A stretch of 64,000 nt of DNA, from IMG/VR virus record IMGVR_UViG_3300042891_001180. One strand, 5' to 3'. The position numbers and the translations under genes are program-made. This document shows positions 56,239-64,000 of the stretch, in pieces. The DNA comes from a virus. The first letter of the stretch is position 1, and every line of letters starts with the position of its first letter. A model generated the notes under the pieces. The model saw only the letters and a program-made list of their open reading frames with translations, was not told where the DNA came from and made no database searches.

Positions 56239-57414
56239 ATGCTCTACAAAAAGATCGCTGCAATAGCGCTTTTTGTTATGTTGTTTGGCAACGTACATGC
56301 TCAAACATTGATAAATCAAGGAACTTACGATAGTAAAACCCTGGTGGACACCAACAGCACTTCTAACAGTGTTAGTACCGTTAATAGTAATAGTACTGCT
56401 AATAGCAACAGTACAGCAACCAGTACCTCGACAGTTAACAGTAATTCTGTAAATACTAACAATAATAATAACGCCAGTACCAGTACAAGTACCAACGTTA
56501 ATACTAACAACAATGTTAACAGCGGAACTCAAACGTTTAATAATAACAACGTTAATTCCGGTACTCTGACGTATAATAATAACAACGTCAATTCTGGTAC
56601 AATGACTAACATTAACCAGAATACTTCTGCTTCTACAAGTAATAATACTAACGTTAATACTAACCACAATATTAACAGTGGTACCCAGACGTTTAATAAT
56701 AATAACGTCAGTACAAGTACTTCAACCAATACCAATATTAATAAAAATGAAAATACTGGTACGATGACGTATAACAATAACAACGTCAGTACATCAACTA
56801 ATAATAACGTCAATACTTCTACTAGCACTAATAATAATGTGAATACTGGTGACATGACTAATCGAAATATTAGTACGTCAACATCACAAAGTGTTAATAC
56901 AAATAATAACGTTAACCAGAATGCTAATATTAACCAGAACATTAACTCTGGTGAAGTAACTAACATTAATAAAAACGAAACCCTTATCACACAAAGAGTC
57001 ATTCAGCCTCCTCCAACAGCGGTTGCTCCTACAATGATGAGTGGGGGTAACAATGACTTGTGTTCTACAGGTTCATCTGGATCAGTTCAAACGCAAGTGT
57101 TTGGTGTTTCATCCGGTGGAACAGTTCGTGATATGAATTGTGAGCGTTTAAAGTTATCTAAGACCCTGTATGACATGGGTATGAAAGTAGCCGCAGTTGC
57201 CGTTATGTGTCAAGATGAACGGGTATTTAACGCAATGATGAATGCTGGTACACCTTGTCCTATTGAAGGTAAGATTGGTGAGCAGGCTAGACTCACATGG
57301 GAAGAAAATAAAGATAAGATCCCAAAACCACCAAAAGAAGACAAATATGAAACTGTTAAAAACGTTGGCTTTGGCTCTTTGCTTGGCGTCCTCGTTCACG
57401 CCGCTTTTAAGTAA
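56239..57414 (+). CDS. Exported protein with long Asn/Thr/Ser repeat region and Cys-containing C-terminal domain
   Basis: Signal peptide; NNNNVNSGTxTx repeats; PPPTAVAP...DLC...NCERLKLSK.L...MCQD...AGTPCP; C-terminal hydrophobic tail. Confidence 0.8.
   Translation: MLYKKIAAIALFVMLFGNVHAQTLINQGTYDSKTLVDTNSTSNSVSTVNSNSTANSNSTATSTSTVNSNSVNTNNNNNASTSTSTNVNTNNNVNSGTQTFNNNNVNSGTLTYNNNNVNSGTMTNINQNTSASTSNNTNVNTNHNINSGTQTFNNNNVSTSTSTNTNINKNENTGTMTYNNNNVSTSTNNNVNTSTSTNNNVNTGDMTNRNISTSTSQSVNTNNNVNQNANINQNINSGEVTNINKNETLITQRVIQPPPTAVAPTMMSGGNNDLCSTGSSGSVQTQVFGVSSGGTVRDMNCERLKLSKTLYDMGMKVAAVAVMCQDERVFNAMMNAGTPCPIEGKIGEQARLTWEENKDKIPKPPKEDKYETVKNVGFGSLLGVLVHAAFK
56350..56975 (+). repeat. Imperfect coding repeats, ~36 bp unit (NNNNVNSGTxTx / NNNVNTSTST)
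   Basis: Recurrent aataacaacgt(t/c)aa and ggtac motifs. Confidence 0.8.
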
Positions 57415-59176
57415 AGCCCAGACACTAGTACCAGGTCAAGTCTCTACCACCGGGAATATCGTTCAAGATACTCCCTATGGTGGTCCTACGCCTTGGGTTG
57501 GTGGAGTCTATCAAAACCAACTGACATGTTGGGCGTACGGTGACCCTGGTTATTGCGGACCAAGTCCAATTGTAAGGCCAGGTGGTAACATTAATTTCTC
57601 ATACGGGTCATCATACATATATCAACAACAGCATATCTCTACGTTATTACCTTCATCAACAGGTCTTCAAGTTAATGGTTATAACTTTGGATTTATGGCA
57701 AAAAACGGTAACGGGTGGGATAATGGTGGTACAGATAGTTTGACAGCTTTAGTTCGTTTCTGGGATAATACTAATGGTAGAGCTGCTAATAATTTATTAT
57801 ACGGGGATGCATTTTCGTTAAATTATAAATTTAATTGGACTCAATTTGATTATTCAAAAACCTTTACAACACCGCTTGCAGTACCTTCTATCGGGCAGGT
57901 ACAGTATGGTTTTATAGGTAGAGATAATAATGGGTGGGCAGGACCTTATGGACCGGAAATCTATAATGTTAGTTTTAGTTTAAAATATTCTGTAGACCCA
58001 TGTGCAACAAATGTATTCAGTAGCCCTACATGTCCCGGTTATTCAGATGCTTTGGCTAAATTAGCTCCTAAGACTACTACGACAGAAGCTACAGTATCAG
58101 CGCCACCTCCGCCACCGCCTGAAATGGTTGCAATGGCACCAGGAGCACCGCTACCTCCAGGCAGTCCTCCTCCCCCCGGTAACCCTCCTCCACCTGAAGG
58201 CTCACAACCTCCACCACCTCAACAAAGCGGTCCTGCTCCAGCTGGAGCTCCCGCACCTGGACCAATGCAACAAGCATCGGCTCAACAACCTGCACCAGGG
58301 GGGCAACAGGCGAAGGCTGGGGAGGTAAGTGACTCGTCAGGGTCATCTAAGACTACTGTTTCTTTATCTTCAGTTCTTAGTATGATTAGTTCTAATCAAG
58401 ACAAGACGTCTGCACTAGAAAAGTCTGTTGTACAATCTGCAGATGCACAAGCATTTTCTGCAGGTGAATCAGCTAAGCAACAAGCTGAGAAGATTGCAGG
58501 GGATCAACAATCACAAAGTATGAGTGCGGGGGGTGGGTCAACTAGCACTTCACAGACAGCAAGTTCCCAAGCATCATTTACTACAACACAAAGCTCAATG
58601 GCTTCCTTACAGGGAGGTCAGCAATCAAGTAATGCATCTAATACTGCAAGAGTACAACAATCTATTAACAACAGCGTTAGTTCTCAATCAAGTACTTTAA
58701 ACTTTACTGGTACAACAACTCAACAAAGTAGTTATCAAAATACAACTAGACAAGAAACTAATGTATCTGTGGCTACTCCTACAGTATCTTACAGTCTGGT
58801 TACCCCTATCAGACAGACCATTCAACCTCAAGTTGAATTACCCATGCTTGAGGGTATAAAGTTTGGAGTTAAAAATGCAGTTGACTCGGCAATGGAGTCA
58901 AGACCCTTTGTACCTCAAATGAATGATAATTCTCAACAGAATGACAGTGTAAAGAAAAATGTTGCGAATAACGAATTAGCTGGTAATGTATCGATTGAGT
59001 CAATTGCAAAACAACCTGCAAATTATGCACAATATTTTGTTATGATGCCAGATGTTGCATTTTATGCACCTAAAGAAATTTATAGAAATCAAAGAACTGT
59101 AGATAACGTCAGAGCATTAAGACAAATGAGTTCTGATAGATTACACCAACAAATGGTTGACCAACAATACAAATAA
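57347..59176 (+). CDS. Large exported protein: beta-rich N domain, DPC..P.CPGY motif, Pro-rich and Ser/Gln-rich linkers
   Basis: Start moved to the MKLLKTLALALCLA signal peptide at 57347; C-terminus SDRLHQQMVDQQY. Confidence 0.75.
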   Translation: MKLLKTLALALCLASSFTPLLSKAQTLVPGQVSTTGNIVQDTPYGGPTPWVGGVYQNQLTCWAYGDPGYCGPSPIVRPGGNINFSYGSSYIYQQQHISTLLPSSTGLQVNGYNFGFMAKNGNGWDNGGTDSLTALVRFWDNTNGRAANNLLYGDAFSLNYKFNWTQFDYSKTFTTPLAVPSIGQVQYGFIGRDNNGWAGPYGPEIYNVSFSLKYSVDPCATNVFSSPTCPGYSDALAKLAPKTTTTEATVSAPPPPPPEMVAMAPGAPLPPGSPPPPGNPPPPEGSQPPPPQQSGPAPAGAPAPGPMQQASAQQPAPGGQQAKAGEVSDSSGSSKTTVSLSSVLSMISSNQDKTSALEKSVVQSADAQAFSAGESAKQQAEKIAGDQQSQSMSAGGGSTSTSQTASSQASFTTTQSSMASLQGGQQSSNASNTARVQQSINNSVSSQSSTLNFTGTTTQQSSYQNTTRQETNVSVATPTVSYSLVTPIRQTIQPQVELPMLEGIKFGVKNAVDSAMESRPFVPQMNDNSQQNDSVKKNVANNELAGNVSIESIAKQPANYAQYFVMMPDVAFYAPKEIYRNQRTVDNVRALRQMSSDRLHQQMVDQQYK

Positions 59177-59185
59177 GGAAGTAAA

Positions 59186-59773
59186 ATGGCAGAAGAAATT
59201 AAAAACGTAAACGCTAAGATTGACGAAGCAGAAGCAGCAGTAAAGAAGTACGCTTCAAAAGATACTGTTATCAGTATTGGTGGTTATGAATTTACCCCAG
59301 CAAAATTAATGGTTGCATTTACTATTGTATCTTCTACACTTGGCGGTCTTTACGGTACTTTTGAAGTATACAAAGACTATCAAGGTATGAAAAAGAAAAT
59401 TGCCTCTTATGAAGCACCGGACCTCTCTGGATTCGATAAAAGGCTGGCTGTTATAGAAGAAAATTCTGGTAAGACGAGTGACTATACACGTGATATTAAG
59501 AATGATCTTAAAAGTGATATTCGCCGAAATGAATCTGTTACCGAACAAGTTGAACGTAGTGTAAAAACAGTACAACGTGAAACAGAATCTGAAATGAGAG
59601 AAATGCGTAAAGCAGTCAGAGAAGACTTAGAGAAAGCTCGTAACGAGGCAAATATTATTCGCAGAGAAATGGCTGATACACGTAAAGAAATTGAACGTGA
59701 AGTCGTTCAGTTGAAGAAAGAAGTCGATACCAAGATTCAAAAAGCAGTTGATAACCCACTGGCGAACAAATAA
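59186..59773 (+). CDS. Single-TM coiled-coil protein
   Basis: TM LMVAFTIVSSTLGGLYGTF, long heptad region, C-terminus KAVDNPLANK. Confidence 0.75.
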   Translation: MAEEIKNVNAKIDEAEAAVKKYASKDTVISIGGYEFTPAKLMVAFTIVSSTLGGLYGTFEVYKDYQGMKKKIASYEAPDLSGFDKRLAVIEENSGKTSDYTRDIKNDLKSDIRRNESVTEQVERSVKTVQRETESEMREMRKAVREDLEKARNEANIIRREMADTRKEIEREVVQLKKEVDTKIQKAVDNPLANK

Positions 59774-59913
59774 TGTTTGGAACCGCTCTAGCCCTCTACA
59801 TGTACATTAAACCACCTGAATGTATCAGGTGGACATGGAGTGGGGATGTTTACAACCGAAAAGTAGTCTGTTTAGAGTGGCGTAAAAAAGACAAAGAGGA
59901 GAAGAAGAAATGA
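59773..59913 (+). CDS. Small protein (46 aa, not in ORF track)
   Basis: MFGTALALYMYIKPPECIRWTWSGDVYNRKVVCLEWRKKDKEEKKK; TAATG and ATGA overlaps at both ends. Confidence 0.65.
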   Translation: MFGTALALYMYIKPPECIRWTWSGDVYNRKVVCLEWRKKDKEEKKK

Positions 59914-60407
59914 TCGATCCAATGACAGCACTTGCAGGTATACAATCTGCAATTAGCATGGTTAAGAAAGCTAGTAAAGTAGCTAACGATCTGGGATCCC
60001 TTGCTCCTATGATCGGTAAAATGTTTGATGCTAAGAGCACTGCCACAAAAGCTTTAATGGAGGCTAAAAAGTCTAAGAAAGGTTCCAACATGGGAACCGC
60101 GCTTCAGATTGAAATGGCTTTAGAACAGGCTAGGGCTTTTGAAGAAGAACTAAAGATGTTGTTTATGCAGACGGGTAAAATAGACGTCTGGAATAAGATT
60201 AAAGCACGTCAAGCAGAAATGGATGCTGATGATGCCAATGATTTAAGAATGTTTAACGATCAAGAGCGTAAACGTAAACAAAAAGAAGCAGAGCTAAATG
60301 AGTGGGCAGTAATATTAGGTGCAAGCGCATTTATTTTATTCATACTGTTTATTGGTGGTTATGAACTGCATCAGTTTTGTCAAACAGGTAATAGGTGCGG
60401 AAGATGA
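59910..60407 (+). CDS. Helical protein with C-terminal TM segment
   Basis: MIDPMTALA...; TM WAVILGASAFILFILFIGGY. Confidence 0.75.
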   Translation: MIDPMTALAGIQSAISMVKKASKVANDLGSLAPMIGKMFDAKSTATKALMEAKKSKKGSNMGTALQIEMALEQARAFEEELKMLFMQTGKIDVWNKIKARQAEMDADDANDLRMFNDQERKRKQKEAELNEWAVILGASAFILFILFIGGYELHQFCQTGNRCGR

Positions 60408-60556
60408 ATGAATACCAAAAAACATTTGATATGTGTTTAAAGATATTTGTATATGGCTGCGTAGCGTTATACTTCTTAGGGTTTCTTAAATTTCTTCCAG
60501 ATGACCTGTCTGACAGATTAGTTAATGGTTTAATAGGTAGATTTTTACCTGGTTAA
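60404..60556 (+). CDS. Small membrane protein (50 aa, not in ORF track)
   Basis: MNEYQKTFDMCLKIFVYGCVALYFLGFLKFLPDDLSDRLVNGLIGRFLPG; ATGA overlap. Confidence 0.65.
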   Translation: MNEYQKTFDMCLKIFVYGCVALYFLGFLKFLPDDLSDRLVNGLIGRFLPG

Positions 60557-60579
60557 TAAATATTTTAAAGGAGAAAGTT

Positions 60580-60696
60580 ATGTTAGATATTTTACTTTGG
60601 GTAGCAGTAGGTGCATTTATTGGCTGGAATTTCCCCCAACCATTCTGGGCTAAAATGATGCAAGAAAAAATTCAAGCAATGATTGCTAAAAAATAA
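60580..60696 (+). CDS. Small membrane protein (38 aa, not in ORF track)
   Basis: MLDILLWVAVGAFIGWNFPQPFWAKMMQEKIQAMIAKK; AAGGAG RBS and AATAAATA upstream. Confidence 0.7.
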   Translation: MLDILLWVAVGAFIGWNFPQPFWAKMMQEKIQAMIAKK

Positions 60697-60705
60697 GGAG
60701 TACTT

Positions 60706-61254
60706 ATGGCTGAAGAAAAGAAACCTCTAAGTAGGAGTGAGCGTGAAGCTCAGATCAAAGACAAAGCCGGGTGGCTTATTACCGTACTTGCTGCACTTCT
60801 GGCCATTAATACCTATATTGCTTCTGGCAATAGTTCTAAAGTATTAAACAATACTATTAAAGCAAACGATACCTGGGCTTTCTATCAGGCTAAGTCTATT
60901 AAGCAGACCCTGGCTGAAATGGCAAGAGACGATGCAGTTGAGAGAAAACAATTTGATAAAGCAGACAAATTAACTGCTAAGATTAATCGTTACGAATCTG
61001 AACCAGCTACTGGTGAAGGTAAGAAGGAATTAATGGCTAAAGCACGAGCATTAGAAGCCGAGCGCGATCAAGTTCGTAAATCTGGTCCCTGGATGACATT
61101 TGCTGGTTCAGGTTTTCAGATTTCTATCGTTCTATTATCAGCTAGTATATTAGCTGTTGCTCCTGCACTTTACGTTGCAAGTATTGTAGTTGGTGCATTG
61201 TCAGCGTTACTAATGAGTCAAGGAATATGGCTCTGGATACCAATAGTGCTGTAA
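60706..61254 (+). CDS. DUF4337-like membrane protein
   Basis: ITVLAALLAI...ANDTWAFYQAKSIKQ...FQISIVLLSASIL. Confidence 0.8.
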   Translation: MAEEKKPLSRSEREAQIKDKAGWLITVLAALLAINTYIASGNSSKVLNNTIKANDTWAFYQAKSIKQTLAEMARDDAVERKQFDKADKLTAKINRYESEPATGEGKKELMAKARALEAERDQVRKSGPWMTFAGSGFQISIVLLSASILAVAPALYVASIVVGALSALLMSQGIWLWIPIVL

Positions 61255-62018
61255 TGAGCTCAAAAAAGTATCGGAGCATCTTTATCAGTGATGTTCATCT
61301 AGGTACTAATGATTGTAAAGCCAATAAACTAAATAATTTTTTAAAATATAATACCTGTGATACTTTATACCTGGTAGGTGATATAATTGACGCCTGGCGC
61401 ATACAACAAAACAAATGGCGTTGGAAGCAGTCTCATACTAATGTGGTGAGACGGGTTCTAGGTCATGCCAAACGTGGGACCAGGGTAATATATATTGCTG
61501 GTAATCATGATGAATTTTTACGACCAATGATACCTTACGGGTTCAGTTTTGGCTTGATAGAAATTCATAATCAATTCGAACATATTGGTGCAGATGGTAA
61601 ACATTATCTTGTTACACATGGTGACATGTTTGATGGTATTACCAGACTTGCACCCTGGTTAGCATTTTTAGGAGATCGTGCATATGATGTGGTTTTATCG
61701 CTCAATAACAAATTCAATTGGATACGTCATCGCTTTGGCTTTGGGTATTTTAGTCTTAGTCAATATCTCAAAACAAAAGTAAAAAAAGCGGTTGACTTTA
61801 TATTTCACTTTGAAAAAAACTTAGCTGGTTATTGTAAAAAGCGCGGCTACGATGGAGTAATATGTGGTCATATACATCATGCTGAAATAAAAGAGATAGA
61901 CGGTGTAGTATACATGAACGATGGTGACTGGGTAGAGTCTTGTACTGCCTTAGTTGAACACTGGGATGGGCGCTGGGAAATTATTACCTGGACTAAGGAA
62001 ACAGATGAAACTATCTGA
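61254..62018 (+). CDS. UDP-2,3-diacylglucosamine diphosphatase-like metallophosphoesterase (LpxH-like)
   Basis: FISDVHLG, LVGDIID, GNHDE, HGDMFD, CGHIHHA, NDGDWVES; start 61254. Confidence 0.88.
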   Translation: MSSKKYRSIFISDVHLGTNDCKANKLNNFLKYNTCDTLYLVGDIIDAWRIQQNKWRWKQSHTNVVRRVLGHAKRGTRVIYIAGNHDEFLRPMIPYGFSFGLIEIHNQFEHIGADGKHYLVTHGDMFDGITRLAPWLAFLGDRAYDVVLSLNNKFNWIRHRFGFGYFSLSQYLKTKVKKAVDFIFHFEKNLAGYCKKRGYDGVICGHIHHAEIKEIDGVVYMNDGDWVESCTALVEHWDGRWEIITWTKETDETI

Positions 62019-62715
62019 TCAAATTACTATCGTTGTACCTTGCAAGAACGAAGAAGATTATATTCACCACTTACTAGATTCTTTCCGTTCTCAAGATATA
62101 GGTGATACTAGAATTATAATTGCTGACTGTTCAACTGATAATACTAGACAAGTCATACAGGATAACAGTCATTCCTTAAATGTAGAAATTATTAAAGGCG
62201 GTCCTGTTTCTGAAGCTAAGAATAATGGAGCTTACCTAACTAAAACACCTTATATTTTATTCATCGATGCTGATGTTCGTTTCTTTGACAATAACGTTAT
62301 TAAGGATGCTGTTAGAGAAATAATAACAAAAGACTTAGATCTTGTTGGGTTAAATATTAAATGCTACGATAATGATGTTAGAGCAGTAATTGGATTTACT
62401 CTTTTTAATATTATAAACCACACCCTAAAGTACTTCTCACCATTTGCAGTTGGTGCATTCATGCTGACTCGTAGAGATAGGTTTGAAGAGTTTGGAGGGT
62501 TCCCTGAAAAGACTGTAACGTCTGAAGACTACTTCCTATCTCGAATGTACAGCCCTAAAAAGTTTAAAATATTAAACCATTACTTCGGACAAGATTCACG
62601 CAGATTTAAAAAGATGGGATACTTTGGTATGGCAACATACCTTGTAAAGAATTTTATTAATCGCAATAACAAGGCGTATTGGGATAACCTAGATTCTTCT
62701 AAATACTGGAATTAA
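62005..62715 (+). CDS. Glycosyltransferase family 2
   Basis: IVVPCKNEE, IIIADCSTDNT, LFIDAD, GGFPE...SED; start 62005. Confidence 0.9.
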   Translation: MKLSDQITIVVPCKNEEDYIHHLLDSFRSQDIGDTRIIIADCSTDNTRQVIQDNSHSLNVEIIKGGPVSEAKNNGAYLTKTPYILFIDADVRFFDNNVIKDAVREIITKDLDLVGLNIKCYDNDVRAVIGFTLFNIINHTLKYFSPFAVGAFMLTRRDRFEEFGGFPEKTVTSEDYFLSRMYSPKKFKILNHYFGQDSRRFKKMGYFGMATYLVKNFINRNNKAYWDNLDSSKYWN

Positions 62716-63419
62716 CTTTGTGAGACAATAAACTCGGCTTCAGGTATTCGTACCTTACCATTCTTACTTCCAAGTACAATAACGATACGGCGTCCAACAT
62801 CCGTATCTACCATCATGACAATGCAGCCACCGGCTGCATTTGTAGTTCCAGTCTTACTAACAATAAAACTATGACGCTTGCCAACGATAGGGTTGGTGTT
62901 ATTGAATGATTGAGATTGCTTACCACTTTTAATAGTAAGTACGGCAGTACGACTGGCTTGAGTTATTTCTGAATAATGACTTGCCTCAAATACCAATCTA
63001 AGTAAGTCTAAGGCAGTACTGATATTCATTGGACTTAGCCCGGTTGGCTCTACAAACTTAGTCCTCAACATCCCCAGGTAAATTGCTTTTTCGTTCATGT
63101 AGCGAATACATTCAAAACGACCGCCTGGAAAATTATCACATAACACTTTAGCAGAATTATTATCTGATTTCACTAAAGCCAGTTGAATGTGTTGCTCTCT
63201 TGTATACTTACCAAGTTTCTGTTGCATGTTTTGATTACTATCAATAACAGCCATTACGGTCATTAACTTGGTAATACTTGCAATAGAACGAACTTCGGTA
63301 ATATTGTACCCCTCAATCAAGTTACCCTGATCATCAGTCTCAAGCCAACTTTGTGCCGTTATATTAACCGCAAATGCATTACTAGCAAATAGTAATACAG
63401 CGAGTATAATCGCTCTCAT
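62712..63419 (-). CDS. Serine D-Ala-D-Ala peptidase S11 (PBP7/PbpG-like), exported
   Basis: Signal peptide; SxxK (ASITKLMT), SxN (SDN), KTG; FVEPTGLS..NISTA.DL. Confidence 0.9.
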   Translation of the reverse strand: MRAIILAVLLFASNAFAVNITAQSWLETDDQGNLIEGYNITEVRSIASITKLMTVMAVIDSNQNMQQKLGKYTREQHIQLALVKSDNNSAKVLCDNFPGGRFECIRYMNEKAIYLGMLRTKFVEPTGLSPMNISTALDLLRLVFEASHYSEITQASRTAVLTIKSGKQSQSFNNTNPIVGKRHSFIVSKTGTTNAAGGCIVMMVDTDVGRRIVIVLGSKNGKVRIPEAEFIVSQS

Positions 63420-63462
63420 CAGTTATACCCCAGTATAATATTATGAGGTATAATAATAAAGG

Positions 63463-63534
63463 GTGCAGGGGAAGGAGTCGCACCTACGACCTCTGGATTA
63501 TGAGTCCAGCGCTCTTCTACTGAGCTACCCTGCG
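63463..63534 (-). tRNA. tRNA-Met (CAT), initiator-like
   Basis: Cloverleaf CGCAGGG/CCCTGCA with C1:A72 mismatch; D-arm GCTC/GAGC; anticodon arm CTGGA-CTCATAA-TCCAG; T-arm GTAGG-TGCGACT-CCTTC; CCA not encoded. Confidence 0.88.
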
Positions 63535-63542
63535 TTATCGGT

Positions 63543-64000
63543 CTACAAGTTCCAGGGAAAACCGCCGGGATAAACTTCCGCTTGTTTGCTGTTCCCGTCA
63601 ATGAAGAATTCGGCTTGAACTGAGCCATCGTTACCCCCTAGCCTGTAGTTAAGTGTGTATTTACCAGAGCATGCATAATTGTCATGCTTGATATGGTCTT
63701 TTAAAATAGTATAAAATCTTCTATCTCCGCCCCACCCGTAATCCCAGATGTGACATACTTGTCGATAGAAGGATGTCTTAAAACAATATGAACTTGTATC
63801 TATTAAATAGGCATCTTTATTTACCCATGCAGGCCACCTACCTAATGACTCACAGTTATCAACTGTAATATAATTTTTATCTTTATCAAAAATCTGTCTG
63901 AGTGAATATGCCCAGTCGAGCTTCTTACTCTCAATAGTATTTATTAAGGAGTCTATATGATCAGTTTCGAACCAATTATCTTGATCTAAGAAGAGAACAT
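63543..64000 (-). CDS. Glycosyltransferase (GT-A fold), C-terminal part (start outside the window; not in ORF track)
   Basis: Manual translation VLFLDQDNWFETDHI...LIDTSSY...WGGDRRF...YTLNYRLGGN...FPWNL*; DxD motif. Confidence 0.8.
   Translation of the reverse strand, partial: VLFLDQDNWFETDHIDSLINTIESKKLDWAYSLRQIFDKDKNYITVDNCESLGRWPAWVNKDAYLIDTSSYCFKTSFYRQVCHIWDYGWGGDRRFYTILKDHIKHDNYACSGKYTLNYRLGGNDGSVQAEFFIDGNSKQAEVYPGGFPWNL

Noticed and set aside
56128-57002. Hydrophobic minus-strand ORFs 56128..56667, 56325..56513 and 56529..57002
   Set aside because: Antisense shadows of the Asn/Thr repeat gene (AAT/AAC codons read as Val/Ile/Leu)
63419-63628. 69 aa ORF from the track
   Set aside because: Overlaps the tRNA-Met and the glycosyltransferase end in another frame; no protein motif
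63545-63640. GC-richer, hairpin-forming stretch beside the tRNA that looked like a second structured RNA
   Set aside because: It is the in-frame 3' end of the glycosyltransferase (YRLGGNDGSVQAEFFIDGN...FPWNL*) and no cloverleaf can be built
1-64000. Stop-codon reassignment
   Set aside because: Core genes are full length in the standard code; TAA, TGA and TAG all occur as genuine stops

Overview
This 64 kb window is part of an AT-rich, T4-like (myovirus) phage genome with dense, often overlapping genes in the standard genetic code. The tmRNA tag and envelope genes suggest a Gram-negative, probably betaproteobacterial, host (inference). Layout: (1) 1-19.4 kb, baseplate/tail module (gp8, gp7, gp6, gp25, PAAR, a split gp5, gp27-like, gp53, gp48, gp4, gp2, gp54, gp26/gp51, holin-like, tape measure-like). 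(2) 19.4-37 kb, replication, late transcription, nucleotide metabolism and lysis genes (gp32, gp59, gp33, exonuclease, GH19, PhoH, DsbA, RNase H, dCMP deaminase, NrdAB, spanins, primase), plus a circularly permuted two-piece tmRNA. (3) 37-48 kb, late cluster of putative head-packaged proteins (Dps, HIGH nucleotidyltransferase, RNA-ligase-like protein). (4) 50-56 kb, gp41, gp40, UvsX, an exported nuclease and gp43. (5) 56-64 kb, an operon of exported and membrane proteins, envelope enzymes (LpxH-like, GT2, PBP7-like) and a tRNA-Met(CAT). Most unusual: the permuted tmRNA's spacer carries a Cys-rich Oxidored-like motif in an ORF running through both RNA halves; a probable -1 frameshift fuses gp26 to gp51; a His-rich ligase/nucleotidyltransferase pair has capsid-targeting-like N-termini; and many genes appear leaderless. 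All family calls come from motif recognition and synteny, not database searches.
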